A stretch of 56,015 nt of DNA from Pseudomonadota bacterium (lineage in GTDB: Bacteria; Pseudomonadota; Alphaproteobacteria; Rhodobacterales; Rhodobacteraceae): contig JAQCLA010000001.1 of NCBI GenBank assembly GCA_027592105.1, positions 1 through 56,015 on the forward strand. Reading direction: 5' to 3'. The notes below the pieces were generated by a model that was given only the letters and a program-made list of their open reading frames with translations, did no database searches and had not been told where the DNA came from. This document shows, one piece after another, positions 47,269-55,855 of this stretch (positions within the stretch are counted from its first letter, which is position 1; each line of letters begins with the position of its first letter). Position numbers and translations under genes: made by a program.

Positions 47269-48071
47269 CTTTGCTCTCCGATGATCTTGGTGCGGGTCCA
47301 GCCGCTAAGTTGTTCGATAGCGATGACCACAACAGCGATCATCAAAATAACGGACATGGCCGTGGGGTAGTCGAAAAGGTCAAAGCCGACCTTAAGCTCG
47401 ATCCCGATCCCGCCTGCACCGACGAGGCCAAGAATGGTTGATGACCGCACCGCCTTTTCCAGCGCAAAAAGCGATGTTGAGATGAACGCGGGCAATGCGG
47501 CAGGGATCGTGGCACAGGCCACCACATCAAGCTTGCGCGCTCCAGTTGCTGTCAGAGACTCCGCCGGTCCTTTCTCGGCACCTTCCATGTCATCGGCAAA
47601 GAAGCGTCCGCAAAAGCCGACAGTGTCCACGGCGATAGCCAGCATGCCTGCAAAGGGCCCAAGGCCCACAGCCACTACAAAAACCAGCGCCCAAGCGATG
47701 TCAGGCACCGCGCGGATAAAGCCCAGGATGTTACGCACGATCTGGTTGACCCAGATCCCTGCAACCAAGCCACGGGCTGCAAGCAACGCGACGGGGATCG
47801 ACAGGATCACCCCGATCACGGCGCCTGCAACGGCAATCTGCAATGTTTCAACCATCTTCCAACCCAGACGCGCCAGCGTCTGCGGGTCGGTGTTGGGCGG
47901 AAAGGCACGATCCAGAAAATCGGCAAAGCGCGGCGGTGCCGACATCATTTTATCGATCGAGAAGCCTGCCCCCGCAAGGCACCAGACGATCAGCGTAAGA
48001 CCCGAAGCGTAGCCAAGAAAGGCGAGGGCAGAGGGCCGCTCATAACGTGCAGGCAAAGCATGATCAGTCAT
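47265..48071 (-). CDS. phnE: phosphonate ABC transporter permease
   Basis: ETLQIA, RAVPD, AVGLGPFAG, VRSSTILGLVGAGGIG. Confidence 0.92.
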   Translation of the reverse strand: MTDHALPARYERPSALAFLGYASGLTLIVWCLAGAGFSIDKMMSAPPRFADFLDRAFPPNTDPQTLARLGWKMVETLQIAVAGAVIGVILSIPVALLAARGLVAGIWVNQIVRNILGFIRAVPDIAWALVFVVAVGLGPFAGMLAIAVDTVGFCGRFFADDMEGAEKGPAESLTATGARKLDVVACATIPAALPAFISTSLFALEKAVRSSTILGLVGAGGIGIELKVGFDLFDYPTAMSVILMIAVVVIAIEQLSGWTRTKIIGEQR

Positions 48072-48882
48072 AAAGTCCTCGCAGGTCAGAGGCGCTGACG
48101 GATGCGGCGGTAGCGTCCAGCTTCAATCGCCCCTCTGCCAGCCCCAGCAAGCGGTCACCATATTTCAGTGCGTGTTCGATATTGTGCGACGTAAAGACGA
48201 CGGTGACGCCCTCTTCGCGCGCCAGTTTGAAGAACAGATCCATCACGTCTTCGCCCGCTGCTGGGTCGAGCGATGCGCAGGGTTCATCCGCGATCAGAAT
48301 TTCTGGTTGGCCAACAATGGCCCGCGCGATGGCCACGCGCTGTGATTGCCCGCCAGACAAACGATCCGCACGGCGCTGCGCGAAATCTGCCAGCCCCACC
48401 TTTTCAAGGGCCAGTGTCGCGGCATCGCGGGACGCTGTCGGGGCCAGACTATGGCTCCAATGCCGCACTCCGGGGCGCTGGCCGAGCAGGCCGTGAACCA
48501 CATTCGACAGAACCGAAAGACGCGGCACAAGGTTATGCTTTTGCGACACAAGCCCCATGCGGGCCCGCAAGGCGCGCATTTCAGCCATCTTGGCGGCCGA
48601 GGGATCAGTCCCCAGGACCGTGACACGACCGTCACTGGCAGGAATCAACCCCATGAGGCAGCGCAGCAGGGTGGATTTCCCTGTGCCGTTTGCACCGACA
48701 AGGGCCACCGCCTCACCCCGTGCCAGTCGGAAGGACACATCTTCAAACACCGGCGTGTCACCAAACCGTTTGGTGACGCCGTGCGCCTCGATATCAACGG
48801 CAGGAACCGAGGGGATAATCCCCCCGGCTTCGGCGAGCCGCACAGGGGCTGCGGCTGGGGCCTTGGTTAAAAGATCATTCAC
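48064..48882 (-). CDS. phnC: phosphonate ABC transporter ATPase
   Basis: GANGTGKS, LSGGQSQRVAIARA, ADEPCASLDP; GTG start at 48882. Confidence 0.92.
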   Translation of the reverse strand: MNDLLTKAPAAAPVRLAEAGGIIPSVPAVDIEAHGVTKRFGDTPVFEDVSFRLARGEAVALVGANGTGKSTLLRCLMGLIPASDGRVTVLGTDPSAAKMAEMRALRARMGLVSQKHNLVPRLSVLSNVVHGLLGQRPGVRHWSHSLAPTASRDAATLALEKVGLADFAQRRADRLSGGQSQRVAIARAIVGQPEILIADEPCASLDPAAGEDVMDLFFKLAREEGVTVVFTSHNIEHALKYGDRLLGLAEGRLKLDATAASVSASDLRGLYD

Positions 48883-48889
48883 TCTGATC

Positions 48890-49759
48890 TCAGTCGCCAA
48901 TGAAGTTGTCGAACTGCGGGTAGCCCGCATTGGAATACATCGAGCGGACATAGTCATAGGCGCTGTCGTTAATCGCAACGAGGTCCATGCCGACGTATTT
49001 GTCGTTTTCCTCATGCGCGGTGATCCCTGCGATGATCGCATCCTTGTTTTCGAGGATCGCAGTCTGCACCATTTCAGCCGCCTCGGCAGGCACATGTGCG
49101 CCGACCATGATCATGTCGTTCGGCAGGTCACCCGAGCGCGCAATCATCTTGTAAAAGCCGTATGGCAAATCCGTTTGGCCGTTCCGCACACCGATGAAAG
49201 TGCCTGCATTCATGCCAAGCGCATCAATATCGCCGTTGTTCAACGCCTCGAAGGCGATGTTGCGCGACGTGTGGGTTTTCTCAATGTCATTGACTGGGTC
49301 GACACCGTGATCGGCGAGGACCTGCATGGGGCAAAGCATGTTTGAGGTCGAGCCGATATCCCCGAAGGCGACCGACTTGCCGACCAGATCAGCAGGCACG
49401 TTGATGCCGCTGTCGGCCCGCACGATGATCGCACAGTGATAGTCCGGACGGCCCAGACCGATCAGCGGGGTGGCTTCGGTCAACTTGTTGATCACGACAT
49501 ACTCGGCAGGGCCGGACACAACAAAATCGACTGTCTCACCGCGCAGCGCTTCGGCAGCCGCAGTGCGCGAGTTGACGGCGTAGAACTCGAACGTATCGCC
49601 AGTAGCAGCTTCCAGCGCCTCTTTGAACGGACCCCATTCCAGCTGCAGGCGCTCCATGCCTTCAACATCCGTGACAGCCAGTTTCCATGTTTCTGCCGTA
49701 GCCGCGAATGCAGATACAGCCGCGAGGCCAAGGCCCAGAACGATTGATTTGATTTTCAT
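48890..49759 (-). CDS. phnD: PhnD-family phosphate/phosphite/phosphonate-binding protein (divergent)
   Basis: ATG 49759 after GGAGG, signal peptide, FGDIGSTS, LPND. Confidence 0.85.
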   Translation of the reverse strand: MKIKSIVLGLGLAAVSAFAATAETWKLAVTDVEGMERLQLEWGPFKEALEAATGDTFEFYAVNSRTAAAEALRGETVDFVVSGPAEYVVINKLTEATPLIGLGRPDYHCAIIVRADSGINVPADLVGKSVAFGDIGSTSNMLCPMQVLADHGVDPVNDIEKTHTSRNIAFEALNNGDIDALGMNAGTFIGVRNGQTDLPYGFYKMIARSGDLPNDMIMVGAHVPAEAAEMVQTAILENKDAIIAGITAHEENDKYVGMDLVAINDSAYDYVRSMYSNAGYPQFDNFIGD

Positions 49760-49777
49760 GACAACCTCCACTGAAAG

Positions 49778-49793
49778 TTCATTCGGATGATTT
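49778..49793. promoter_or_regulatory. candidate PhnF operator 1
   Basis: TTCATTCGGATGATTT with near-palindromic core TCATTCGGATGA; identical copy at 50678. Confidence 0.7.
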
Positions 49794-49803
49794 CCACGAG
49801 TCC

Positions 49804-49843
49804 ATGACTGGTACGCGACAGGCGCGTGAAGCTTTTGTAACGC
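49804..49843 (-). promoter_or_regulatory. tandem Pho boxes upstream of phnD
   Basis: Minus strand GTTAC-N6-TTCAC-N6-GTCGC-N6-GTCAT: four half sites with exact 11-bp period. Confidence 0.65.
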
Positions 49844-49916
49844 GCTCAGGCGGCCAACCGGAACAGACGTACATTCATGTATGCGATACTGCCTGAAAGC
49901 TGTGCCACGCTTTGCA

Positions 49917-50489
49917 TCAGGCACTTGTTGCGCAAGAAGACAGAACAATTTTGAACTTTGATGTCTCCTGCCCGCCAAGGGATTTGTCGGCAGTATAAGT
50001 GCTCACCCAAACACCACCTGCTTTTTCGATGACACGCAAAGATGCGAGATTGTCGGGGCTTGCTGTGATTTCGACGTAGTTCAGCCCCGCCATTTTCGCT
50101 TCTTGAAGAATCTCAACAAGTGCAGCGGTTGCCAGCCCTTCACCCTGTCGCCATGGAACAACTGCGAACCCGATGTGACCAGAACACGTGGGCGGCAAAT
50201 CCTCGGTTCCTGGTTGCCATCGCAAACTTATGTGCCCGCAAAATCCATCATCCCATATCCACCGTCGAATACTTGGCAACCGCGGAACTTTCGAACCGTC
50301 GGGGAGAGTAACCGGTCCAGCCTTTGCATCCGGATCATCGAGACTTGAAACAAATGATGCTGCATTGCTTTCGATGCTTTTGATTTGGTCTTGCGCTGCA
50401 TCTGGTCGCAGATTGTCCGGCGACCATCCTCGACGCAAAGCCGAGACGTGATCGGGTATGTGGTCAATACTAGGTCTGAGTAACTTCAC
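49917..50489 (-). CDS. GNAT family N-acetyltransferase
   Basis: GHISLRW, GHIGFAVVPWRQGEGLAT, DNLASLRVIEKAGG. Confidence 0.88.
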   Translation of the reverse strand: MKLLRPSIDHIPDHVSALRRGWSPDNLRPDAAQDQIKSIESNAASFVSSLDDPDAKAGPVTLPDGSKVPRLPSIRRWIWDDGFCGHISLRWQPGTEDLPPTCSGHIGFAVVPWRQGEGLATAALVEILQEAKMAGLNYVEITASPDNLASLRVIEKAGGVWVSTYTADKSLGGQETSKFKIVLSSCATSA

Positions 50490-50608
50490 CTAACTCTCCT
50501 CAACAAGTTAAAGTCTTTCCTGACGTGCAACACCTGTGGCTCCAACATAGCTTGCCGCTTGAAAGGTATGCGCAGGGCCTCCCCTCCCGTTTTGACTGGA
50601 GATGTTGC

Positions 50609-50661
50609 GTGAAGTCTTCGTGACATCACACGGGCCATTGCGCCTGACATATCGATGTCAT
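50609..50661. promoter_or_regulatory. Pho-box-like elements in the divergent promoter
   Basis: Minus strand ATGTCAC-GAAG-ACTTCAC (50609-50626); plus strand CTGACAT-ATCG-ATGTCAT (50644-50661). Confidence 0.6.
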
Positions 50662-50677
50662 AACCCCATGGCATAAA

Positions 50678-50693
50678 TTCATTCGGATGATTT
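50678..50693. promoter_or_regulatory. candidate PhnF operator 2
   Basis: TTCATTCGGATGATTT immediately before the phnF start. Confidence 0.7.
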
Positions 50694-50697
50694 GGAA

Positions 50698-51414
50698 ATG
50701 AACAGAGACAAGTGGCGCCAGATCCGCGCCGAAATCGAGCAGGACATCATGGACGGCGTGCTTCCCGCAGGGGCGAAACTGCCAACCGAGCCAGAGCTGG
50801 TCGCAGTATATGATGCGGGCCGGCACTCGGTGCGCCGCGCGATCACAGATCTTGCAAAGGACGGCTTGCTAAGCGTCGAGCAGGGTCGCGGCACCTTTGT
50901 GCAACCGCGTCCGGTTCTGGAATACAGCATCGGCACGCGGACACGGCTACGGCCCAACCTCGCGCCACAGGGCGTGGATGTATCAAGCGAAAACCTTGGT
51001 GTCGAACACGTGCAGGCAGGCGGCTCAATCGCCGCAGACCTTGGCCTTGAAACCGGTGCGCCGGTCATCGCCAGTGGTCGCATGACCCTCGCGGATGGCA
51101 TCCCGATTTCCTTCGGTACGCTTTATCATGATGCCTCCCGCTTTGCTGAATTTCCCGAACGCCGCGCGGTGCTGGGGTCCGTCAGTGCTGTCTACAAGTC
51201 CTATGGTATTGACGACTATCTGCGCGGCTCAACGCAGTTGAACGCCCGTCCGGCCCGCGCCAGCGAAGCGCAGCGTCTGCGGCAGCATCCCGACATGCCG
51301 GTGATTGTGATCCGTGCCGTTGACACCCTGCTTGACGGCACCCCCATCGCCTGCAGCCGGGTCATCTGGTCCGCCGCACGCGTCAAATTCAACGTTCCCA
51401 ACAAAGAGGACTAG
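50698..51414 (+). CDS. phnF: phosphonate metabolism regulator (GntR/UTRA)
   Basis: WRQI...LPTE...RHSVRRAI...EQGRGTFV...YSIGTRTR; heads phnGHIJKLM. Confidence 0.9.
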   Translation: MNRDKWRQIRAEIEQDIMDGVLPAGAKLPTEPELVAVYDAGRHSVRRAITDLAKDGLLSVEQGRGTFVQPRPVLEYSIGTRTRLRPNLAPQGVDVSSENLGVEHVQAGGSIAADLGLETGAPVIASGRMTLADGIPISFGTLYHDASRFAEFPERRAVLGSVSAVYKSYGIDDYLRGSTQLNARPARASEAQRLRQHPDMPVIVIRAVDTLLDGTPIACSRVIWSAARVKFNVPNKED

Positions 51415-51417
51415 GCC

Positions 51418-51858
51418 ATGCCTGACCCGCATACTCTGGCCAACTATCCGCATGATGTGATGCTGAGCATTCTGGCCAAAGCGGATGCGGTGCGGATCAA
51501 GGCATTTGCCGAAGTACTTATCCCGCAATTGGGCGATATCGCAGTGCTGGAAAACCGAACGGGGCTGGTGATGTTGCCGATGCGGGACACCGCCAAAGGC
51601 GTCAATTTCCACCTTGGCGAAGTCTTGGTCAGTGAGGCCCGGATCGCCGTGGACGGGCGGGATGGCTATGGCATGCGACGCGGGCGCGACCTAGAGGCGG
51701 CGATGGCGATGGCGCTGATCGATCTCGCCGTGGCCAGTGGCGTTTCGCATGACGCCTGCGCAGCATTCCTTGACCAAGAGGGTGCCACCCAGACCGCCGC
51801 CGACACGGACCGTCTTAAGCGTGTCGAGGCCACCCGCGTTGATATGGAGACTTTCTGA
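51418..51858 (+). CDS. phnG: C-P lyase subunit
   Basis: TGLVM, FHLGEVLVSEA, ATRVDMETF. Confidence 0.9.
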   Translation: MPDPHTLANYPHDVMLSILAKADAVRIKAFAEVLIPQLGDIAVLENRTGLVMLPMRDTAKGVNFHLGEVLVSEARIAVDGRDGYGMRRGRDLEAAMAMALIDLAVASGVSHDACAAFLDQEGATQTAADTDRLKRVEATRVDMETF

Positions 51859-52388
51859 TGGGCGCATATCCGATACCGTCCGAATTCGAGGCGCGCACCA
51901 ATGCGACCTATGAAGCCTTGATGTGGGCGTTGTCCCGCCCCGGATTGCCAAGAGACCTGCCATCAGCGGGCCAAGCCGGGATCATTGAAACCCTGATTGA
52001 CCGGGAATGTGCGGTCTATTGTGAAGACGCTGATATGGCGGAACTGGCCGCGCGCAGCGGAGCGGTATTGGCCGCCCCTGAGAAGGCGGATCATCTGTTT
52101 TTGTCTCAGCCGCCCGCGCAATTGACAGGGCTGCGCCAAGGTTCTGACATGTACCCCGAGGAGGGGGCGACATTGGTCATGCCAGTGTCGTTGGGCAGCG
52201 GCGGCACCCTGCGCCTTTCAGGTCCCGGTGTGAACGGTGAGGTCACCCTTTCGCTTTCGGGCATCCCGCAGGGTTTCTGGGCTGAGCGGACCCGCGTCAT
52301 GCGCTATCCCATGGGTTTTGAAGTCTTCCTGCTTGATGGCGCCACAGTCATCGGCATTCCCCGTACAACAGTCGTAGAGGTTCTCTGA
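51858..52388 (+). CDS. phnH: C-P lyase subunit
   Basis: LMWALSRPG, GSDMYPEEGATL, LSGPGV, YPMGFE, GIPRTT. Confidence 0.9.
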   Translation: MGAYPIPSEFEARTNATYEALMWALSRPGLPRDLPSAGQAGIIETLIDRECAVYCEDADMAELAARSGAVLAAPEKADHLFLSQPPAQLTGLRQGSDMYPEEGATLVMPVSLGSGGTLRLSGPGVNGEVTLSLSGIPQGFWAERTRVMRYPMGFEVFLLDGATVIGIPRTTVVEVL

Positions 52389-53446
52389 TGGCCTATGTTG
52401 CAACGCGTGGCGGTGAACGCGCGATTGAGCAATCCCAGCGGCTTTTTCGCGAAGAGATGGGCACGATCACGGCAGAGCGCGTTGCCGAAATCCGCCGCGC
52501 CCTGCCTTATCTGATTGATCGGGTGATGGGCGAAGCCTCACTTTATGACGAAGACCTTGCCGCCCTTGCCCTGGCGCAAACCGGCGGCGAACTTTATGAG
52601 GCGGTGCTCTTGCTGCGCTCCTGGCGCACGACCCAGCCGCGGCTGGCTGTGGCCGCACCTGTGACGCAAGAGGGTTTGTTCACCCATCGTCGCATCTCTG
52701 CCGCTTTCAAGGATATTCCCGGCGGTCAGGTGCTTGGACCAACCCTCGACTATGCCCACCGCATTTTGGCGACCGAGGTGCTGTCGGATCAGGCCTATAC
52801 GCCTGACCCTGTTGAACCGGCGGCCCAGCCCAGCCCGGCAAGGCAGCCCTCGGTTGCCGCATGGCAGGCCGAGAATGATCTGCTGAGCGCCGCGCCAGCG
52901 GATCCGACCGCAGGCAACGATATTCCCGACATCACGCGTGAGCCGCTGCTGTTCCCGTCAAAGCGCGCCCATACGCTGCAATCACTGGCACGGGCCGAAA
53001 CCGGCGGGGTTCTGGCATTGGGGTACGCCGCCCAACGCGGTTACGGCCAAGCCCACCCCACGGTGAACGAGCTACGCTTGGCCGAGGGTGAGGTAATGGT
53101 TCAGCACCCGCGCGGGACCACCTTCAGCGCCGGTCGGGTCAAGATCAGTCAGGCCGAAGTGGTCAACAAAAAGGGCACGCAGCTTGAACTGGGCTTTGCC
53201 GCGACGCTGGGCTGGAACGAGGTCAAGGTGATTGCCGCGGCAACGCTGGATCTTAACAGCGAAGGCGCTGCGAAAGGATCAGCCACGGAAGAGGAATTCT
53301 TTCTCTATCACACCGAAGGCGTCGAAAGCTCGGGCTTTTGCATCCACTTCAAACTGCCCCATTACGTCACGTTCCAATCCTCGCTTGATGCCATGCGGGA
53401 TGCGAAGACCAAGAAGAACGCCAGACAAGCGGAGCCAGCCGAATGA
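52388..53446 (+). CDS. phnI: C-P lyase nucleosidase subunit
   Basis: MAYVATRGGERAI, DRVMGEASLY, RRISAAFKDIPGGQVLGPTLDY, HFKLPHYVTFQS. Confidence 0.95.
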   Translation: MAYVATRGGERAIEQSQRLFREEMGTITAERVAEIRRALPYLIDRVMGEASLYDEDLAALALAQTGGELYEAVLLLRSWRTTQPRLAVAAPVTQEGLFTHRRISAAFKDIPGGQVLGPTLDYAHRILATEVLSDQAYTPDPVEPAAQPSPARQPSVAAWQAENDLLSAAPADPTAGNDIPDITREPLLFPSKRAHTLQSLARAETGGVLALGYAAQRGYGQAHPTVNELRLAEGEVMVQHPRGTTFSAGRVKISQAEVVNKKGTQLELGFAATLGWNEVKVIAAATLDLNSEGAAKGSATEEEFFLYHTEGVESSGFCIHFKLPHYVTFQSSLDAMRDAKTKKNARQAEPAE

Positions 53447-54357
53447 GCCTCAAATCCCTGACAAAAGACTGGGAGCCGATGTCCTATGGTTTTCTTGATG
53501 CATCAGCCAAGTGCGAGATCAGACGCAAGACGCTGAAGGCCATTGCAGTTCCGGGCTGCCAGATCCCTTATGCCAGCCGCGAAGTGCCCATGGCCCGTGG
53601 ATGGGGTACCGGCGGGTTGCAGATCTCTTGCACGCTGATCAATCCGCGGACCACTGTAAAGGTGATCGACCAAGGGGCGGATGACAGCGTCAATGCGGCG
53701 TCAATCCGGCGGTTCTTGTCCCGTGTCTCTGGTGCGCCAACGACGACAGATACGCTCAAGGCGGATCTGATCCAGTCCCGCCACCGCATCCCCGAGGAAA
53801 AACTGCGCGAGGATCAGGTGCTCGTCCTGCAGGTGCCCAACCCAGAGCCGCTGCGGCCGGTGCAACCCAACATGTCCATCGCCCGGCAGATGCATGCAGA
53901 TGCGGATTACGGGCGGATGTGGCTGCAGCTTTATGAGCAGATCGTGCGTTCGGGTCGCGTGATGCAGGGGGCCAGCTATCCATCGCTGGTCCACGGGCGC
54001 TTTGTCATGACCCCGTCGCCAATCCCGCGCTGGGACGTGCCCAAAATGCATATGGCCAAGCACCTCACGATCCTGTCGGCAGGGCGCGAAAAGCGTCTGC
54101 ACGCCGTGCCGCCCTATACGCGGGTCGAACCACTGGTGTTTGACGATGTGCCCTATCAGGTGGAAGAACACGGGCAACTGACCTGCACCCGTTCCGGCGC
54201 CAAAGGGTATTTCATGAACGAAATCCCGCAAAATGACGGAACATCGACCTATGAGGTGTCCGACAGCGAATTGGGCATCAAGACCATTCAAAAAGCGGAT
54301 GGTGATACGGTTGAACTCGGCGACACATGGTATCAAGACGGGGAGATGACCCAATGA
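53443..54357 (+). CDS. phnJ: PhnJ homologue lacking the radical-SAM cysteine motif
   Basis: GWGTGGLQ, KVIDQGADD, IQSRHRIPE, PSPIPRWD and GREKR are conserved; the C-terminal CxxC-x21-C-x5-C reads CTRS...YEVSDSELG. Confidence 0.92.
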   Translation: MSLKSLTKDWEPMSYGFLDASAKCEIRRKTLKAIAVPGCQIPYASREVPMARGWGTGGLQISCTLINPRTTVKVIDQGADDSVNAASIRRFLSRVSGAPTTTDTLKADLIQSRHRIPEEKLREDQVLVLQVPNPEPLRPVQPNMSIARQMHADADYGRMWLQLYEQIVRSGRVMQGASYPSLVHGRFVMTPSPIPRWDVPKMHMAKHLTILSAGREKRLHAVPPYTRVEPLVFDDVPYQVEEHGQLTCTRSGAKGYFMNEIPQNDGTSTYEVSDSELGIKTIQKADGDTVELGDTWYQDGEMTQ

Positions 54358-55142
54358 TGGACCCGCCCCAGATCGTCAAAACGCGGCCTTTGCTGCTTGC
54401 ACGGGGGGTCAGTAAATCCTTTGGCGCGGTCAAAGCGCTACGGGATGTTTCCGCCACCGTTTATCCAGGCGAGGTTCTGGGCATTGTCGGTGAAAGCGGA
54501 TCAGGCAAATCGACCTTTCTGCGCTGTCTCAACCTTGAAGAGACACCGGACGAAGGCAGCTATACCCTTGATCTGCCGGATGTGCAGGGCAATCTGTTTG
54601 ATCTTGACCGCTATGCCCGCCGCATGCTGTGCGCCACGCGGATCGGGATTGTCTATCAGAACCCGCATTTGGGGTTGCTGATGAAACACTCGTCATCGGG
54701 CAACGTGGCCGAACGGCTGTTGGTCGCGGGCGAACGGCGCTTTCATGTGTTGCGCGAAAAGGCGCGGGGTGCATTGGATGCATCCGAATTCCCGTTGGAG
54801 CGGATGGATGCGCCGCCGATCGAACTATCGGGAGGGATGCAGCAACGGGTGCAACTCGCCAAAGCGATCGCGCTGGAACCTGCGTTGCTGTTGCTGGATG
54901 AGCCGACAACGGGATTGGATGTCAGCGTGCAGGCCCTTGTGCTTGATACGCTGAAAAAGCTGCAACAAGAGCGCAAGATCACCATGGTGATCGTCAGCCA
55001 CGACCTTGGTGTCATACGCACGTTGTCTGACCGTGTGATGGTGATGAAAAGCGGTCAGGTGGTTGAAGAAGGTCTAGCCGATCAGGTCTTTCAGGACCCG
55101 CAACACGCCTATACGCAACAACTGGTGCATGCAAAACTATGA
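54354..55142 (+). CDS. phnK: C-P lyase ABC-ATPase subunit
   Basis: GESGSGKS, LSGGMQQRVQLA, DEPTTGLDVSVQA, DPQHAYTQ; start 54354 (ATGA overlap). Confidence 0.93.
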   Translation: MMDPPQIVKTRPLLLARGVSKSFGAVKALRDVSATVYPGEVLGIVGESGSGKSTFLRCLNLEETPDEGSYTLDLPDVQGNLFDLDRYARRMLCATRIGIVYQNPHLGLLMKHSSSGNVAERLLVAGERRFHVLREKARGALDASEFPLERMDAPPIELSGGMQQRVQLAKAIALEPALLLLDEPTTGLDVSVQALVLDTLKKLQQERKITMVIVSHDLGVIRTLSDRVMVMKSGQVVEEGLADQVFQDPQHAYTQQLVHAKL

Positions 55143-55855
55143 CTGTTCTTGATGTTCGCGGCCTGTCCAAGGGCTTTATCATGCACCATCTTCGCACCCG
55201 CATGGGCGCGTTTGAGGATATCAGCTTTCAGCTCAATGCCGGCGAGTTTTTGTTGCTGAAAGGTAAGAACGGGGCGGGAAAGTCCACGCTGCTGCGAACG
55301 CTTTATCGCAGCTACCTTTCGCAAGGTGGCGAGATCCTGTTCCACTCGGACCACGGCGTCATCGATCTGGCTAAGGCCGCGGATGTGGATGTGTCCTTCC
55401 TGCGCCGTACCGAGATCGGCTTTGTCACACAATTCCTGACAGCGCGCCCTCGGGTGACCGCGCAGGATCTGGTGGCCGAGCCACTGCGGCTTGCAGGTCA
55501 GCCCGCGGAGGAGGCGCTGCGCACTGCGCGCCATTGGCTGAATGCTTTTGGTGTCAAGGAAGAGCTTTGGGCGGCGTACCCAACAACTTTTTCTGGCGGT
55601 GAGCAGCAAAAGGTCAATCTGGCCCGCGCCCTTATCCTGCCGCAGCGTTTGTTGTTGCTTGACGAACCCACCGCCTCGCTTGACGTCATCGCCCGTGCGG
55701 CTTTGGTAGAACGTCTGGCCGAGCTCAAAGCGCAAGGCACGGCGATGATCGGCGTATTCCACCACCCCGGCGATGTGGCCGCATTGATTGACCGCGAAAT
55801 TGACCTGACCCCCGATACTGCGCCCGAAGAGGACCGAGATGATGTGGCTGTCTGA
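55139..55855 (+). CDS. phnL: C-P lyase ABC-ATPase-like subunit
   Basis: GKNGAGKS, IGFVTQFL, PTTFSGGEQQKVNLAR, GVFH. Confidence 0.93.
   Translation: MTVLDVRGLSKGFIMHHLRTRMGAFEDISFQLNAGEFLLLKGKNGAGKSTLLRTLYRSYLSQGGEILFHSDHGVIDLAKAADVDVSFLRRTEIGFVTQFLTARPRVTAQDLVAEPLRLAGQPAEEALRTARHWLNAFGVKEELWAAYPTTFSGGEQQKVNLARALILPQRLLLLDEPTASLDVIARAALVERLAELKAQGTAMIGVFHHPGDVAALIDREIDLTPDTAPEEDRDDVAV

Noticed and set aside
54184-54357. Frameshift or sequencing error as the cause of the PhnJ Cys loss
   Set aside because: Flanking residues (NEI, DG, SD) remain alignable in frame, the substitutions are at three separate codons, and coupling to phnK is intact.
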